Below are positions 61,827 through 64,000 of a stretch of DNA of 64,000 nt, piece by piece. Position numbers and translations under genes: made by a program. The DNA is from Anolis carolinensis. Lineage: Eukaryota. Under the pieces are notes generated by a model. That model saw only the letters and a list, made by a program, of their open reading frames with translations, was not told where the DNA came from and searched no databases. The stretch lies in the NCBI RefSeq assembly GCF_035594765.1, contig NC_085842.1:205913747-205977746 (forward strand), given 5' to 3'. Position 1 is the stretch's first letter, and the number at the start of each line of letters is the position of its first letter.

Positions 61827-62145
61827 CAGTAGAGTCTCACTTATCCAAGGTTCTGTATTATCCAAGGCAGGCTGCCTTTTAGTAGTCATTGTTTTTGTAG
61901 TAAATGTTGCAATGTTTTGGTGCTAAATTCGTAAATACAGTAATTACTACATAACATTACTGTGCATTGAACTGCTTTTTCTGTCAATTTCTTGTAAAAC
62001 ATGATGTTTTGGTGCTTAATTTGTAAAATCATAATGTAATTTTATTTTAAATAGGCTTTTTTCTTAATCCCTCCTTATTATCCAAGATTTTCACTTATCC
62101 AATGTTCTGCCAGCCCATTTATCTTGGATAAGTGAGACTCTTCTG
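61827..62145. mobile_element. Tc1/mariner-superfamily MITE (same family as 45148-45459)
   Basis: TA-flanked CAGTAGAGTCTCACTTATCCAA TIRs. Confidence 0.9.
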
Positions 62146-62279
62146 TACAACTAAATGACAATTAAAAAAAAACCTAGAAATTTCCCACTTTTTATCTAGT
62201 GGTTGTTATTCCTTATTGGTCTATGCTCTTTAAACTACCTCTACTTTAGACAATACTCTATTAACTCATGAATCCCACG

Positions 62280-62613
62280 GGTGATAAATGCTCCCATCAT
62301 TGTTGTGAAAAAACTATGAGCAGGTCTCAATCTTTCTTAAAGTTAGTCAAGGATTTCTATTTAACTAGTAACTATTTAACATAGTAACTCAATTTCAGCT
62401 ATTTCACAGATCATCATCAACTATTCTTGCTTTGAGACAACTGGTTGGTGATAAATGCTCCCATCATTGTTGTGAAAAAACTATGAGCAGGTCTCAATCT
62501 TTCTTAAAGTTAGTCAAGGATTTCTATTTAACTAGTAACTATTTAACATAGTAACTCAATTTCAGCTATTTCACAGATCATCATCAACTATTCTTGCTTT
62601 GAGACAACTGGTT
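62280..62613. repeat. Perfect 2 x 167-bp tandem duplication
   Basis: 62280-62446 is repeated at 62447-62613, with no mismatch that I could see. Confidence 0.92.
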
Positions 62614-62720
62614 TCCTCCACCTTTAAGCATGCATGTCTCAAACTCAAGTCCTGTGGGCCAAATCCAGCCCACCCTGTCATTTTATATGGCCCTCCAGAT
62701 GCTGCACTACAACTCGTGTA

Positions 62721-63041
62721 CAGTAAAGTCTCACTTATCCAACCTTTGCTCATCTAACATTCTGTATTATCCAACGTAGTCTGCCTCCTGCCCGGATCCA
62801 CAGCTGTTTCTCTAGGCAGCAACGCGCAGTGGGCCAACTCGCCCAACAACACAAGTGCAGTCACGCTCCCAAATAAGTGGTAGACTTGTTGCAAAACATG
62901 ATGTTTTGGTGCTTAATTTGTAAAATCATAACGTAATTTGACGTTTAATAGGCTTTTCCTTAATCCCTTCTTATTATCCAACATTTTTGCTTATCCAACA
63001 TTGTGCTGGACCATTTATGTTGGATAAGCGAGACTCTACTG
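62721..63041. mobile_element. Tc1/mariner-superfamily MITE nested in an older hAT element (about 62628-63395)
   Basis: TA-flanked TIRs. The host has GTCTCAAACTC...GAATTTGACATCC Charlie-type ends. Confidence 0.85.
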
Positions 63042-64000
63042 TATTCTTCATCATATTAGAGCTGATGGGAGTTGTGATACAGTAACATCTGTTAAGCTGC
63101 AGTTTGTTCGGTATAGTCAGGACAGTGGGGTTTGAACTGAGATACAAGGCTTGAGAATATGAGATCTGACTTTAAAATTTCCTTTAACATTTCCCCAACC
63201 TCAGAGCCACAAGTGCTGTTGGGTTGCAATTCCCATTATCCCCAGCCCACATGGCAGATAATCAAACGTAATCACGTGAAAAAATTATAGTTGACCTTCT
63301 CTATCCATATATTCCCTGTCCATGAATTCAACAGCCCTTTGAAGGCAACCATAAGGCTGATGTGGCCCCTGATGAAAAGGAATTTGACATCCTTATCTAA
63401 GCACATACAATTCTTGGGGTAGTTATAAAATATATTGTAGCAGTCTCCCCAATTTCCTTTCTATATGACTAGCAGTTTCAACAAACAAAATTCTCATCTC
63501 AAGTTTAATCTTAACAATATTTTATAACATCAAATTCATTTGAGTCCAATATTTCTGGGCCTTTCCACAAGACAACAATATATGGAGATACAAAGGTATC
63601 CTGCAACTTGTTTAAGGACCTCATCAGACGGGATGAATTCAGCATCCTAGGACACTTTCACCCCATCTAGAGGATGGAGCCCCACGTCTCGGCATTGTGT
63701 GAGTTCCAGTGGAACCCCCCCCCCCAACTCCAACTATGGTGAAAGCATTGTCAGGCACTTTCCCCCCTAACATGGAAGGTTTCTTGTGTTGTGCTGGCTC
63801 CAGTGAAGCCAGCATGGTGCCTTGCCAGAAGGCAATGCTTTCACCATGTGATGGAGAAAGTGTCCCGGAGAGGGAGCTGCATGCGGGGCCACAGATTCCT
63901 TCCAAGACATCCAGTGTGTCTTCGGAACTTCAGAAACTGGCTTCCTACTTGGAGACATTTTTGGTTAGTCCTAATCAAAATTATGCCTAACTGTGGATTT

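Noticed and set aside
63639-63990. Coding-looking ORFs and a G|GTTAGT donor at the window end
   Set aside because: No recognisable protein. The region contains an inverted repeat (ATGGTGAAAGCATTG...CAATGCTTTCACCAT) typical of decayed MITEs. An exon cannot be fully excluded without RNA data.
1-64000. Remaining short ORFs (60-150 aa) in the track
   Set aside because: Many start at TTG or GTG, overlap repeats or microsatellites, or are antisense to TE ORFs. None shows recognisable homology or consistent exon structure.

Overview
AT-rich vertebrate genomic DNA, almost certainly from a squamate reptile. The repeats resemble Anolis ones (Sauria SINE, Anolis SINE2-like, Vingi, R4/Dong, CR1, L2, RTE, hAT, Tc1-mariner and Harbinger MITEs). 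I found no host protein-coding exon, so this is probably intergenic DNA or a large intron. Main content: (1) a full-length, apparently intact 6.6-kb L1 retrotransposon on the minus strand (32481-39070) with open ORF1 and ORF2, a poly(A) tail and a perfect 19-bp TSD; (2) a full-length processed TPT1/TCTP pseudogene (29604-31038, minus) with both UTRs, a decayed TSD, a premature stop and a hAT insertion; (3) two solo LTRs with 5-bp TSDs; (4) two R4/Dong-type RLE retrotransposon fragments inside (TTA)n tracts; (5) many nested DNA transposons, SINEs and LINE fragments, often with readable TSDs that give the insertion order. Repeat family names come from remembered consensus sequences, not a database search. 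I see no evidence for a new multi-gene system. The most unusual signals concern transposon biology: modular SINEs, composite hAT MITEs, an ORF1/ORF2 overlap and candidate horizontally transferred elements.
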